Assembly (NCBI GenBank): GCA_002269645.1
Contig: NIVC01000023.1
Coordinates: 682,001 to 746,000 of the forward strand
DNA: 64,000 nt
Source: Macrostomum lignano
Taxonomy: Eukaryota
Direction: 5' to 3'
A program made the position numbers and the translations under genes. The notes below the pieces were generated by a model. That model searched no databases. It had not been told where the DNA came from and was given only the letters and a program-made list of their open reading frames with translations. Shown in pieces: positions 18,786-30,419 of the stretch. Position 1 is the first letter of the stretch. Each line of letters begins with the position of its first letter.

Positions 18786-19399
18786 CTGAAATAAGCGAAT
18801 TTGACTACTTAGAGTAAACTTTTAGAGTACATACGCTTATTTATTTTTTTATTTAAAAAGAAAGATTCTAAAGATGCCCCACCATATTTGGGACTTCCGA
18901 ATTCCAAATGAAGCAAGCATGCATTTTGTCAGAGGTGCAAATTAATCAAAGCTATAGCTATTTCATGAAATGCTAAGCAAGCAAGCAGAGTTCCGGCGAA
19001 ACTATGAGACTCTGGCTGTGAAATATTGATAAATTAGAGCTAAGCAAAACAGAATACTTCCTAAATGCTAATGCATTTTGCAGCGAAATCTAGCATATTA
19101 CTCGTAGTTGTCCCATGATAGCAGCACTCAGAACCAGCGTGATCAGTATTAGCATACAGTATAATAACAAACCAAAGGAAATGACGGCATTAAGAAAATC
19201 GTGCCAAAAAAGAATAACAAAACAATTTCAGCTCGCTGCTTATCGTAAAACGTTAAGAAAGTTCCAGAATTAATTTGAATAAATTATCAACACTTGCGTT
19301 CGCGCCTATATAAAGAGACCGCCTACGCTTTTAATGTAAGGAAGGACAGACACTTTTCCAACTAGTTACACTAGCTAACCAACAAGTTGAAACAAAAGC

Positions 19400-19792
19400 A
19401 TGAGCATCATTCTAACTCAGCACCAACCCATTCAGTCAACAATTACAAACTACGACAGGCCTCAGAGCGCTAAAGACTACTACGAAGCTGTACAACGGAG
19501 AAAGAATGACAAACGAGAGGAGCTGGTCTGGGAGACCTGCATTCAGGATCGCGACCGCGGACGTCAAGTCAAGTCAATGAACATTGTTGAGCGTGCCCGA
19601 TTGAAAGAGACTCAACGAGCGTTAGAAAAGGAGTTTCAACAAAGATTGAAAAATATCCGACACGATCAGTGGGATCTGCTGACTGCTCGCAAGCGTCAGG
19701 GCTCGGCGGCGGCTGTCGCAGTTGCCGCTGCCGTTGTGGTCGATGACGGCTGGCACTTGAAGCTCAGGCACAGATGCAATTCTATGCATTGA
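19400..19792 (+). CDS. Small charged, predicted coiled-coil protein of unknown family (130 aa if unspliced), head-to-head with TTC33
   Basis: ATG-initiated non-repetitive ORF in an AT-rich context, E/K/R/Q-rich helical composition (ERARLKETQRALEKEFQQRLKNIR). No family recognised; the 3' end may be spliced (see findings). Confidence 0.55.
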   Translation: MSIILTQHQPIQSTITNYDRPQSAKDYYEAVQRRKNDKREELVWETCIQDRDRGRQVKSMNIVERARLKETQRALEKEFQQRLKNIRHDQWDLLTARKRQGSAAAVAVAAAVVVDDGWHLKLRHRCNSMH

Positions 19793-19879
19793 ACAATTCG
19801 GCATTGTGAATATTCCACTGACAAAATATCTTAAGACTTTTGCGTGAGCAGTGAGGTCTCTTTGGTTAATGAAAAATGA

Positions 19880-20280
19880 CGGTGACAGGTGAGACAGAAG
19901 GGTGACACAGGTGAGATACAAAAGTGACACAGGTGAGATAGAAGGGTGACACAGATGAGATACAAGGGTGACACAGATGAGATACAAGGGTGACACAGGT
20001 GAGATACAAAGGTGACACAGGTGAGATAAAAGGGTGACACATGTGAAATACAAGGGTGACACAGGTGAGATACAAGGGTGACACATGTGAGATAAAAGGG
20101 TGACATTGGTGAGATAGAAGGGTGACACAGGTGTGATAGAAGGGTGACACAGGTGAGATACAAGGGTGACACATGTGAGATAAAAGGGTGACATTGGTGA
20201 GATAGAAGGGTGACACAGGTGTGATAGAAGGGTGACACAGGTGAGATACAAGGGTGACACAGGTGTGATAGAAGGGTGAC
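19880..20280. repeat. 22-bp minisatellite GTGAGATAGAAGGGTGACACAG
   Basis: ~18 copies; source of three C/H/P-rich minus-strand pseudo-ORFs. Confidence 0.95.
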
Positions 20281-20755
20281 TAATAATCTTCGTTTAGAGT
20301 TTTAACAACATTCCTAGTCACATAATGCTTGCCTATCATATTCTTATAAGTTTATTTTACTCCCATTACATTATAAATATTGATACATTCTTCAATGGCA
20401 TTGATATAATTCATAGTTTCGACCGTCACAAATTAATTATTTTCCATCTTGCGTGTTAACCAGCATTCTGTATGAAAACCATTAATCAATTTTGGTATTG
20501 ACATCAATAATTGAAAAAACTGTTATGTTTCAATAAACAAATATTTGAACACAATTATTAATAAAAATTCATACGCCGTGAAATCATAACAACTAGCAGC
20601 ACAACTAAAAGGGCATGGAAAATGCAAATAATGTTTTCAGCTTTCTGTCATTTAAGGTGCAAACTAATAAAATGCAAATCAGGCCTAAATAACAGGAAAT
20701 GTTCTGGCCCAGAAGAAATCAGCCAAATAAGAAAAGCTAAGGAACAATCTTTCAG

Positions 20756-21786
20756 GTAGTTTAAAGGCGATTCTTAAGGTGGTTTAAGAGCGATTCTTGG
20801 GGCTGTTTAAGGGCGATTCTTGGGGTAGTTTAAGAGCGATTCTTGAGGTAGTTTAAGAGCGATTCTTAAGGTGGTTTAAGAGCGATTCTTGGGGCTGTTT
20901 AAGGGCGATTCTTGAGGTAGTTTAAGAGCGATTCTTGAGGTAGTTTAAGAGCGATTCTTAAGGTGGTTTAAGAGCGATTGTTAAGGCAGTTTAAGGGCGA
21001 TTTTTAGGGCAGTTTAAGGGCGATTCTTGAGGTAGTTTAGAGGCAGTTAAAGAGCGATTCTAAAGGTAGTTTAAGAGCGATTGTTAAGGCAGTTTAAGGG
21101 CAATTTTTAAGGCAGTTTGAGGGCGATTCTTGAGGTAGTTTAAGAGCGATTCTTGAGGTAGTTTAAGAGCGATTCTTAAGGTGGTTTAAGAGCGATTGTT
21201 AAGGCAGTTTAAGGGCGATTTTTAGGGCAGTTTAAGGGCGATTCTTGAGGTAGTTTAGAGGCAGTTTAGGAGCGATTCTAAAGGTAGTTTAAGAGCGATT
21301 GTGAAGGCAGTTTAAGGGCAATTTTCAAGGCAGTTTAAGGGCGATTCTTGAGGTAGTTTACAGGCAGTTTAGGAGCGATTCTAAAGGTAATTTAAGAGCG
21401 ATTGTTAAGGCAGTTTAAGGGCAATTTTTAAGGCAGTTTAAGGACGATTCTTGAGGTAGTTTAAGAGCGATTGTTAAGGCAGTTTAAGGGCGATTCTTGA
21501 GGTAGTTTAAGAGCGATTCTTGAGGTAGTTTAGAGGCAGTTTAAGAGCGATTCTTGAGGTAGTTTAGAGGCAGTTTAAGGGCGATTCTTGAGGTAGTTTA
21601 AGAGCGATTCTTGAGGTAGTTTAAGAGCGATTCTTGAGGTAGTTAAAGAGCGATTGTTGAGGCAGTTTAGAGGCAGTTTAAAGGCGATTCTTGAGGTAGT
21701 TTAAGAGCGATTCTTGAGGTAGTTAAAGAGCGATTCTTGAGGCAGCTTAAGGGCAATTCTTAATGTAGTTTGAAGGCGACTCTTAG
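20756..21786. repeat. ~23-bp minisatellite GTAGTTTAAGAGCGATTCTTGAG (with GCAGTTT variants)
   Basis: ~45 diverged copies. Confidence 0.95.
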
Positions 21787-22149
21787 GATAGCTAATCTAA
21801 AAGGCGGCTCTTGATATGTTCTACTTACAAAAAGTAAAGACAATAAGTACACATCACAATGAAAGTTTTTATAAAAACGATTAGTTACTATGTATTTAGC
21901 AACAATAGGCAGAATCTACATATCATTTTGAGGCAAAGATAGCCAGTTTTTCATAAACAAAAATAAATGCACCGTATTAACTTGTGCCAGATGGAATTCA
22001 ACAAAAACATTTTACTGGAGTCTGCGGTCACATTGAAATGTAAAAAGTTAAATATTGATGGAAACCAAGCAGTCATAAAGGTTGCAAAAAGTAGTTTTAT
22101 TTACTGACAGACATTAAAAAAGGGAATTTAAACACCGGTCCTCAAAAAC

Positions 22150-22745
22150 TATGGGGGGGAATTCAGACACCGGCCCTCAAAAACAATGGGGGGGGAATTC
22201 AGACACCGGCCCTCAAAAACTATGGGGGGGAATTCAGACACCGGCCCTCAAAAACTACGGGGGGAATTCAGACATCAGCCCTCGAAAACTACAGGGGGAA
22301 TTCAGACATCAGCCCTTGAAAACTACAAGGGGAATTCAGACATCAGCCCTCGAAAACTACAGGGGGAATTCAGACATCAGCCCTCGAAAACTACAGGGGG
22401 AATTCAGACATCAGCCCTCGAAGACTACGGGGAGAATTCAGACATCAGCCCTCGAACAGTACAGGGGGAATTCAGACATCAGCTCTTTAAACTACGGGGG
22501 AATTCAGACATCAGCTCTTAAAAAACTACGGTGAGAATTCAGACATCAGCCCTCAAAAACTACAGGGGGAATTCAGACATCAGCTCTCGAAGACTACGGG
22601 GGGAATTCAGACATCAGCCCTCGAACAGTACAGGGGGAATTCAGACATCAGCTCCTTAAACTACGGGGGGAATTCAGACATCAGCTCTTAAAAAACTACG
22701 GGGGGATTCAGACATCAGCTCTCAAAAACTACGAAAGGGAATTCA
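22150..22745. repeat. 34-bp minisatellite GGGGAATTCAGACATCAGCCCTCGAAAACTACAG
   Basis: ~17 copies; explains ORFs 22151-22534 and 22186-22521. Confidence 0.95.
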
Positions 22746-22821
22746 GACCATTGATAAACCACAATTGAGAATTCAGTAAGGACCAAACAAAACAGAATCA
22801 CTATAAATGAAAGCCTCATGC

Positions 22822-24574
22822 TCAACGCTTCCCCGGCGAGAACATCGCCTTCATCCCGCTAGCCAGCCTTGCCTCGGATCTCTTCAAACCGGCTTCAACT
22901 TCAGCCAGTCGCGCTGACACAGCCCGGTCAGTTGGCGCAAGACTAGCCGCTCGCGCCAGATTAGTCTGCGCCAGATCTAGCTGACCCAACGCCAGTTGGG
23001 CACAACCGCGCCGATAAAATCGTTTAGCGAGCATATCGGCTGGATCGGCATCGTCTATGGCCTTAACTAGCGCGGCGTCGCAATTGGCTATAACGAATTC
23101 CGGATTGCAATTAGGCTTAGCAGCCAACTGCAGACCGGCCATGTTTTGACGGATTAGGCGGGACAGGCTGCGCAGGCGAGAATCGGCCGACCAATCAGAG
23201 ACGGAGGAGGCTGGGGTGGTCGCCAGACTGCCGGGCAATAGGCAGTAAGCTAGGGCTCGGTTATAGTTTAAGATAGCGGCTCCGAGCTGGCCGGAACGAA
23301 AATAATTATTGCCGCGAGTTTTGTGCAGTTCGGCTAGTTGCAGTCGGCTGTCGGGGTCGAGCTCGGCGTAGCTAGTTGCCATGGAAACTAGACAAGTCAC
23401 CTACAAGGTTTATTATTAATTATATAGAGGGAGTTAATTCCGTACTTGTTGATAAAGTAAGCTGAGCTTTGGAGAAAAGGAAGAGTGAAAGCATTTAAGC
23501 AACAAGAGAGAAGGAAGAGGTACATAGGGAAGAGAGGGAGAGAGATAGACACAGATAGAGTCATAGAGTCAGATAGACACTAAGACAGACAGACAGACAG
23601 ACAGACAGATAAAGATAGACGGGCCCAGACTGTATGAATAGCGATATAATCCAGAAAAAGAAACTTAATCCCTGACCATATCAGGTTTAATAGTAAATTT
23701 TATTTATGAGCCACGATCTTATTAAGAGAGATTGATTCAGGTTTCCAAATTCAAATAAGATCAGGTTCATAAAAATGGATACGATTACGCTGATAATAAT
23801 AAGAAAAAAACATTGAATTTTGTTCTCATACATTAAACAAGAATCTGTGAGTGGGGCGCAAACCCATGCAATTATATTGATTAATTAGGGGGGGGGGGGT
23901 TGAGTTGGGTGCTGATAAGAAAAGGAGGGGTGTGGAGTGCGCGACTGCGGAAAGAGCGAGATTGAAGAGCCAATCAGAAGGCAGCTAGGGAGAGAGATAA
24001 AAATAACAAGACTGAACTAGACAGAGGGAGAGAAAACGGAGTAAACAGAGACGAGGGCAGATGAACTAAAGAAACGACCAAGACAGTAACGAAAGTACAC
24101 AGGCGGCTTATTCTAGAAGGCCCACGAGTTTGCAGCGTGATTCTGCATGACTTCTATATAAGGTGGTGCCTGGTGCCAATGGAACTAAAAAAGGGGTAAA
24201 CTTACCAGAATTTTAGCTCGAAACCGTTCAACAGGAGGCGACCCAATGTGGCTATCAGCATAATCTGGCTGCCAATCAACTTCACAGGTGTGACCAACTC
24301 GGGCACCGAGCACGCAGCTGTACAACAGATCCCACGCCAGATCACCCAGGTTTGATCCAATCACAATTTCGGATTCTAATCCGATTTCTATCGGAGATTC
24401 GACTGTGGCGCACTGCCATTCTTTAATTAGCACCCGACAGGTGTCCCTATCTTGAAGGCATTCGAAGTTATTAGCTGTGACAGCGTCAAAGTCTCGCTTG
24501 ACCTCAGAACCGAGCTGGTTAAACCAGCGCAGGTGACTATCGGCCATAAATTTTATTATCATCCGTTTGGGCAT
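22822..24574 (-). CDS. FKBP-like/TPR co-chaperone (FKBPL-like): degenerate FKBP domain, 3 TPR motifs, C-terminal helix
   Basis: Exons 24574 (ATG; alternative 24547)-24206 and 23400-22822, phase 0, GT-AG. HKTRGNNYFRSGQLGAAILNYNRAL, FYRRGCAQLALG and EARLASGMKAMFS resemble large-immunophilin TPR regions (FKBPL ends DAGLAQGLRKMFG, from memory). Confidence 0.78.
23530..23620. repeat. Short GA/(CAGA)n microsatellite in the FKBPL-like intron
   Basis: agacagacagac run at 23583-23610. Confidence 0.8.
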
Positions 24575-24640
24575 AGTTACTAAGCTGTCAATCAAATGGC
24601 TACAGTTAGAATACACAGGTACTCGTACATTCTGATCTAT

Positions 24641-25380
24641 ATTCCTGCTAATTAACACACCGATCTACATGGGCAGATTCTGATCTACCTGCCAAAGCCA
24701 ATTAACACACCGATCTACATGGGCAGATTCTGATCTTACCTGCTAATTAACACAGAACTACATGGGCAGATTCCGATCTACCTGCCAATTACACACCGAT
24801 CTACATGGGCAGATTCCGATCTACCTGCCAATTAACACACCGATCTACATGGGCAGATTCCGATCTACCTGCCAATTACACAGATCTACATGGGCAGATT
24901 CTGATCTACCTGCAAATTAACATACCGATCTACATGGGCAGATTCTGATCTACCTGCCAATCAACACACCGATCTACATGGACAGATTCTGATCTTACCT
25001 GCTAATTACACACCGATCTACATGGGCAGATTCTGATCTTACCTGCTAATTACACACCGATCTACATGGACAGATTCTGATCTACCTGCCAATCAACACA
25101 CCGATCTACATGGATAGATTCTGATCTTACCTGCTAATTACACACCGATCTACATGGGCAGATTCTGATCTTACCTGCTAATTACACACCGATTTACATG
25201 GGCAGATTCTGATCTACCTGCAAATTAACATACCGATCTACATGGGCAGATTCTGATCTACCTGCTAATTACACACCGATTTACATGGGCAGATTCTGAT
25301 CTTACCTGCTAATTACACACCGATCTACATGGGCAGATTCTGATCTTACCTGCTAATTTTAGGTAATCTTACCTGCTAGT
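24641..25380. repeat. 43-45-bp minisatellite; minus-strand unit GTAAGATCAGAATCTGCCCATGTAGATCGGTGTGTAATTAGCAG
   Basis: ~16 copies just 5' of the FKBPL-like coding exon. Confidence 0.95.
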
Positions 25381-26254
25381 TTTTTATACACAGAAACAAG
25401 AAAAAGTGGCCAAAAAGTTTAAAGATGGAAAATTGTATTTTACTTTGCTGAACAGTAAACACATAAATAAATAAATAACCTACCGATTAGGGAGTACGAC
25501 TTCAACTCTTACAAATATATTTGCAATTTTAATTAGCACACGAACCGTATACAGCACAGGGGAAGGTAAAACCATCGGTCTAGAGTATAAAAAGAGATTG
25601 CAAGAGACTGCGATTAGAAAAAAAATATACCAAAAGGTACAACTAAAAATTGCATTATGAAGAAATAAAACTCAAATGATTTTTTACTTGCATACAATAT
25701 TAATTAGCATGCAATTTGAGCTGCTGAAACAATCGAATAACAAAAAACATGGTCCGTTTAAAGATGCGACGCTAAAAATGGCGAAATTTTTATTGCAACT
25801 CGACCAAGTTTTTTAAAATACAAATTTGTAACTTTTGCAGGAAGACAATTGAGCCTAGATAATCAGTTTATATAATTGTATAATCAACTAAATAGGTGAA
25901 TAATTATCGAAAAGGCACGCCAATCTTAGTATCAAAAGATTAATTAATTATTTTTAAAAGCAAACAATCCGTATAACTACTTTCAGTAGCCCTTCAGTTT
26001 TGAGTTATAAAAAGTGCAAAAATGGGTAAAAAACGACAGTAATTAAGCAACTGCAGTTAAATATCAGCAGTAAGTTGAAGTACGAAATTTATTTCTAAAC
26101 AAATTAGCAATAAAATTAGCAATTTTTAACGCATAAATTGCACGATACAGTCTGTACATATGCTAATAAAGAAAGAATTATTAAATAAATATTGCACATT
26201 TACTTCCACTATGATCTGTTATTACACCCAAAATCTTATGACACCCAAAAAAAT

Positions 26255-26755
26255 CAGATCCGAAACCCCAAAACAATCAGATCTGACACCCCAAAACAAT
26301 CAGATCTGACACCCCAAAACAAACAGATCTGACACCCCAAAACAATCAGATCTGACACCCCAAAACAATCAGATCTGACACCCCAAAACAATCAGATCTG
26401 ACACCCCAAAACAATCAGATCTGACACCCCAAAACAAACAGATCTGACACCCCAAAACAATCAGATCTGACACCCCAAAACAATCAGATCTGACACCCCA
26501 AAACAATCAGATCTGACACCCCAGAACAATCAGATCTGACACCCCAAAACAATCAGATCTGACACCCTAAAACAATCAGATCTGACACCCCAAAACAATC
26601 AGATCTGACACCCCAAAACAATCAGATCTGACACCCCAAAACAATCAGATCTGACACCCCAAAACAATCAGATCTGACACCCTAAAACAATCAGATCTGA
26701 CACCCCAAAACAATCAGATCTGACACCCCAAAACAATCAGATCTGACACCCCAAG
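26255..26755. repeat. 23-bp minisatellite CCCCAAAACAATCAGATCTGACA
   Basis: ~21 near-perfect copies, ~110 nt past the CREBRF stop. Confidence 0.97.
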
Positions 26756-26863
26756 CTAGCCAACGTCAACAATTTTTCGGTATGTGTACTTATTTTCAAA
26801 AAGAACCAGTAAGACATCCAAAAAACGCAGAATAAAATTGTTCAATTGTAGAAGACTTTAGAC

Positions 26864-29281
26864 TCAAGACACAATCTGCTGCTGCTGCTGATGAAGAGCT
26901 ACAAATTGTCCAGCAGCATTGCCAGCAGCAGCAACAGAAGCTGTAGAATGCAAGCTCCGTTTATAAGGCCCAGTGGCAGGTTGATGAGCCGACAGATGAC
27001 GATTTGCACTACTAGCAGTAGCACAATCGGGACTAACTTCCCCAGAATGCAGCAGTATTGGCTGGCCCGGCTGCTGCTGGTAACTATCATTCCTGCTGAA
27101 CCGATCCAATTCGTCTAGAACGTACTGATCGCAGCGGCCAGCTACTCGAGCTACGCAGAGATGAGTCGACATTAGCGAGTCCAGAGCGGCGGCGAAGCTG
27201 CCTATCGACCCTAATACTCCGGCAGGTGTTGTTGTCGTTGACGTAGCTGCTGTTGTTGAATCGCTGACTGAATTTGAGGAATTCTTATTATCCATCGTGA
27301 TAGCCGACGAGTGCGGATTAACCGAAGTCGCTTCCGGGTCGAGTAGAAGAGCTTCGCCTTGCTTTAGCACCTTGATTTGAAGATAAATATGGTTCAAAAC
27401 AATGAGGTAAGAAACAAACAAATCAAACTGCATTACAGATATTCTATGCCTTAACAGAGCTCAGAAATAAACAGTGATGAACAGACACTGTCAAATACAG
27501 GCAGACACAGACTTGTAAGGACAGACAGGTAAGATAGACAGACAAATAAGGCACAGGCAGGTAAAGAGGGACAGACACATACAGGTAATAGAGGGACAGA
27601 CACAGAGGTAAGACAAGGACAGACACATACAGGTAAGAGGGCGACAGACACACAGGTAAGAGGGACAGACACGGGTAAAAAAGGGACAGACACATGTAAA
27701 GAGGGACAGACACACAGGTAAGAGGGCCACAGACACATTCAGGTAAGAAGGCGACAGACACAGGTAAATGAGGGACAGACACATACAGGTAAGAGAAGGA
27801 CAGACACATCCGGGTAATAGAGGGACAGACACATACAGGTAAGAAGGCGACAGACACACAGGTAAATGAGGGACAGACACATACAGGTAAGAGAAGGACA
27901 GACACATCCAGGTAATAGAGGGACAGACACATACAGGTAAGAAGGCGACAGACACACAGGTAAATGAGGGACAGACACATACAGGTAAGAGAAGGACAGA
28001 CACATCCAGGTAATAGAGGGACAGACACATACAGGTAAGAAGGCGACAGACACACAGGTAAATGAGGGACAGACACATACAGGTAAGAAGGCGACAGACA
28101 CACAGGTAAATGAGGGACAGACACATACAGGTAAGAGAAGGACAGCCACATACAGGTAAGAGGGTGACAGACACAAACAGGTATGAGGGCGACAGACACA
28201 TACAGGTGAGGTAATAGAGGGACAGAAACATACAGGTGAGGTAATAGAGGGACAGACACATACAGGTAAATGAGGGACAGACATACAGGTAAGATGGACG
28301 GACCTATGTTTCTAAGAGAGACAAAGAAGATCGAAGATGCTTACAATTCGAGCGTAAGTGAAATGCCCTAAAAAATGCAAATCAGTTTATATATTAAACG
28401 AATGCAAAAAGCCCCACCTGCACTAGAGAAGTGTGCTCAGCCTGTAAGCCGGCTAATTTTATTTTAAACGCCTCGTGCTGCGCCTTCTTTCTAAGCCGGC
28501 AGGCCCTGCTAGCCAGCTTGTTTTTCTCGGTCTTGTCGCACAGCTTGGTGGGGTGGCACATCTGAGCACGGAGTTCGTCTAGCTGCCGGCCCAGACGGGC
28601 CAGCTCCTCCGGCCGCGGGTCGATGTCGTTGGCGTTGCCGCGGCGGACTTTGTCGCTGCGGGCTGCCTGCATGCGAAGGACCGGGTCCTGGCGGCGGGAT
28701 CGGCGAGACTGATTAGTGGCTTTTGCAGACTGGAGCGACAGGAATGTGGCTAAAGATACAACCTCTGGATCTAAAGATCAGGGAGGCTGGCCCAGCAACT
28801 GAGGATCTGGGAGGCTAGCCCAGCAACTGACTAAGAATCTGGGAGGCTGGCCCAGCAACTGAGGATCTGGGAGGCTGGCCCAGCACCTGAGGATCTGAAA
28901 GGCTGGTCCAGCAACTGAGGATCTGGGAGGCTGGCCCAGCACCTGAGGATCTGGGAGGCTGGTGTCTTAATGCATTTGGAGCAGTAGAAACGCCAAGCAA
29001 AACCGAGAGCCGCACAGTCTTACCTGAAAGCCCAGCACTTTCCTCTCGTCGCTGTGACTCAGATCTCGATCATCCTGCAGCAGGCCGCGGTCTTGACAAG
29101 CCAGCTTGGGCCCCTTGCCCTGGGCATTGTATTGCCAGAAATACTTCCCTGAGCCAGGGGGTGAGAAGGCAGCTGGATAGGAAGCTGCTACAGATTGATG
29201 TTGCTGCTGCTGCTGCTGTTGCTGCGCAACAAATCCATTACTGGCAATGTCTTCTTCCAGCGATTGATGATGAATTTGAAT

Positions 29282-29327
<46 letters not shown>

Positions 29328-29602
29328 GGCATGTAGCAATAGCTACCTGCAGACGAATAGGGATTAGCGTACCAAGCCGATGCTGAAGCATCTGACTGAT
29401 GCAGAGCCACGTGATGCTGCTGCGGAGGGAGCGAAGTCCCGCCGTGCCCAGCGGAGTACTGCACGCTGGCATGATGCAAGTGATCCAAGTCGGTAGAGCC
29501 AATACAAGGCACAGTTGAGTCCGGCTGCATCTGCTGCTGCTGATAGACGCTGCTAATGCTGCTGCTGTTGCTGCTGCTGCCACTACTGCAAGCCTTTTGC
29601 AT
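26864..29602 (-). CDS. CREBRF: CREB3 regulatory factor / REPTOR-type bZIP transcription factor, ~451 aa, polyQ-rich N-terminus
   Basis: Exons 29602-29024, 28687-28418, 27370-26864 (phase 0/0). Family signatures GSGKYFWQYNAQGKGPK, FQ|DPV, RRGNANDIDPRP and [27 protein letters not shown] (CREBRF [27 protein letters not shown]). The last acceptor is a weaker AAG. Confidence 0.9.
27490..28295. repeat. Composite 25-30-bp minisatellite (ACACATACAGGTAAGAGAAGGACAG and relatives) in CREBRF intron 2
   Basis: Higher-order alternation of units; source of four C/L/V/S pseudo-ORFs. Confidence 0.93.
28780..28965. repeat. 28-bp minisatellite GGGAGGCTGGCCCAGCAACTGAGGATCT in CREBRF intron 1
   Basis: ~6 copies; same unit as 41300-42120. 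Confidence 0.93.
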
Positions 29603-30419
29603 GGCTAATAAGCATGAAAGATTTTAGAAAACTCTGCGTAAAAATGCTTTCATATTTTAATAATTGCTTGTCTCGGATCTTTTATATTTAAATCCTAAAC
29701 AGAACTTAAACGGACTAATTAATGAGCAAGACGAATTCGCTTGCGTATTGTATGCCTTGGCTTAAATAAATAAACCATAAAGATAGAGCCCTCTACCTTC
29801 TATTTTATACACACAACCAAAATCTAAATAATTCAGTTATAACTATAATTTGTGAATTCCAACACAAAATGCGGTCCCAGTTTCTGGAGATGAAGCTAAG
29901 AGAGGGATAGAGGGGGGGGGGCAATAAAAGCATAAAAGCTAAAATTCGAAGCCATTGCTGACATTGTTAACCAAGACAAGAAGAGGGGAAAGGCAGGCAG
30001 ACACGCTAAGATACGGAAGAGTGCCAGGGTGGTCCCCCCCCCCCTAGCTAGCAAATTGATGATCCACACGACGAGAGAGGCAGCGCGGCGCGTCTTTGAA
30101 GTTGAAATTCTTCTTGTCGAAAAGAGAAAAAATTTAGACTACAGAAATTTTTAAGTATTGTAATTTTATACACTACAAAAGGCAAGAAATGAAATGCAAT
30201 GCAATGAAATGAAGTTGCAGTTTTTAAAGACTGGGATAATATATTAGATATGGATTATAATACCTATGTATTGTCATTTTCATCACTAAATCTGAAATTG
30301 AAACAACAGCTTTCCCACAACTTTAATATGATTTGGAATAAATATTGGCTGAATTATGAATATTTATAATGATTTTAATAACAATACCAGCATACGCTAA
30401 GCGAAAAAAAGTGATCTCT

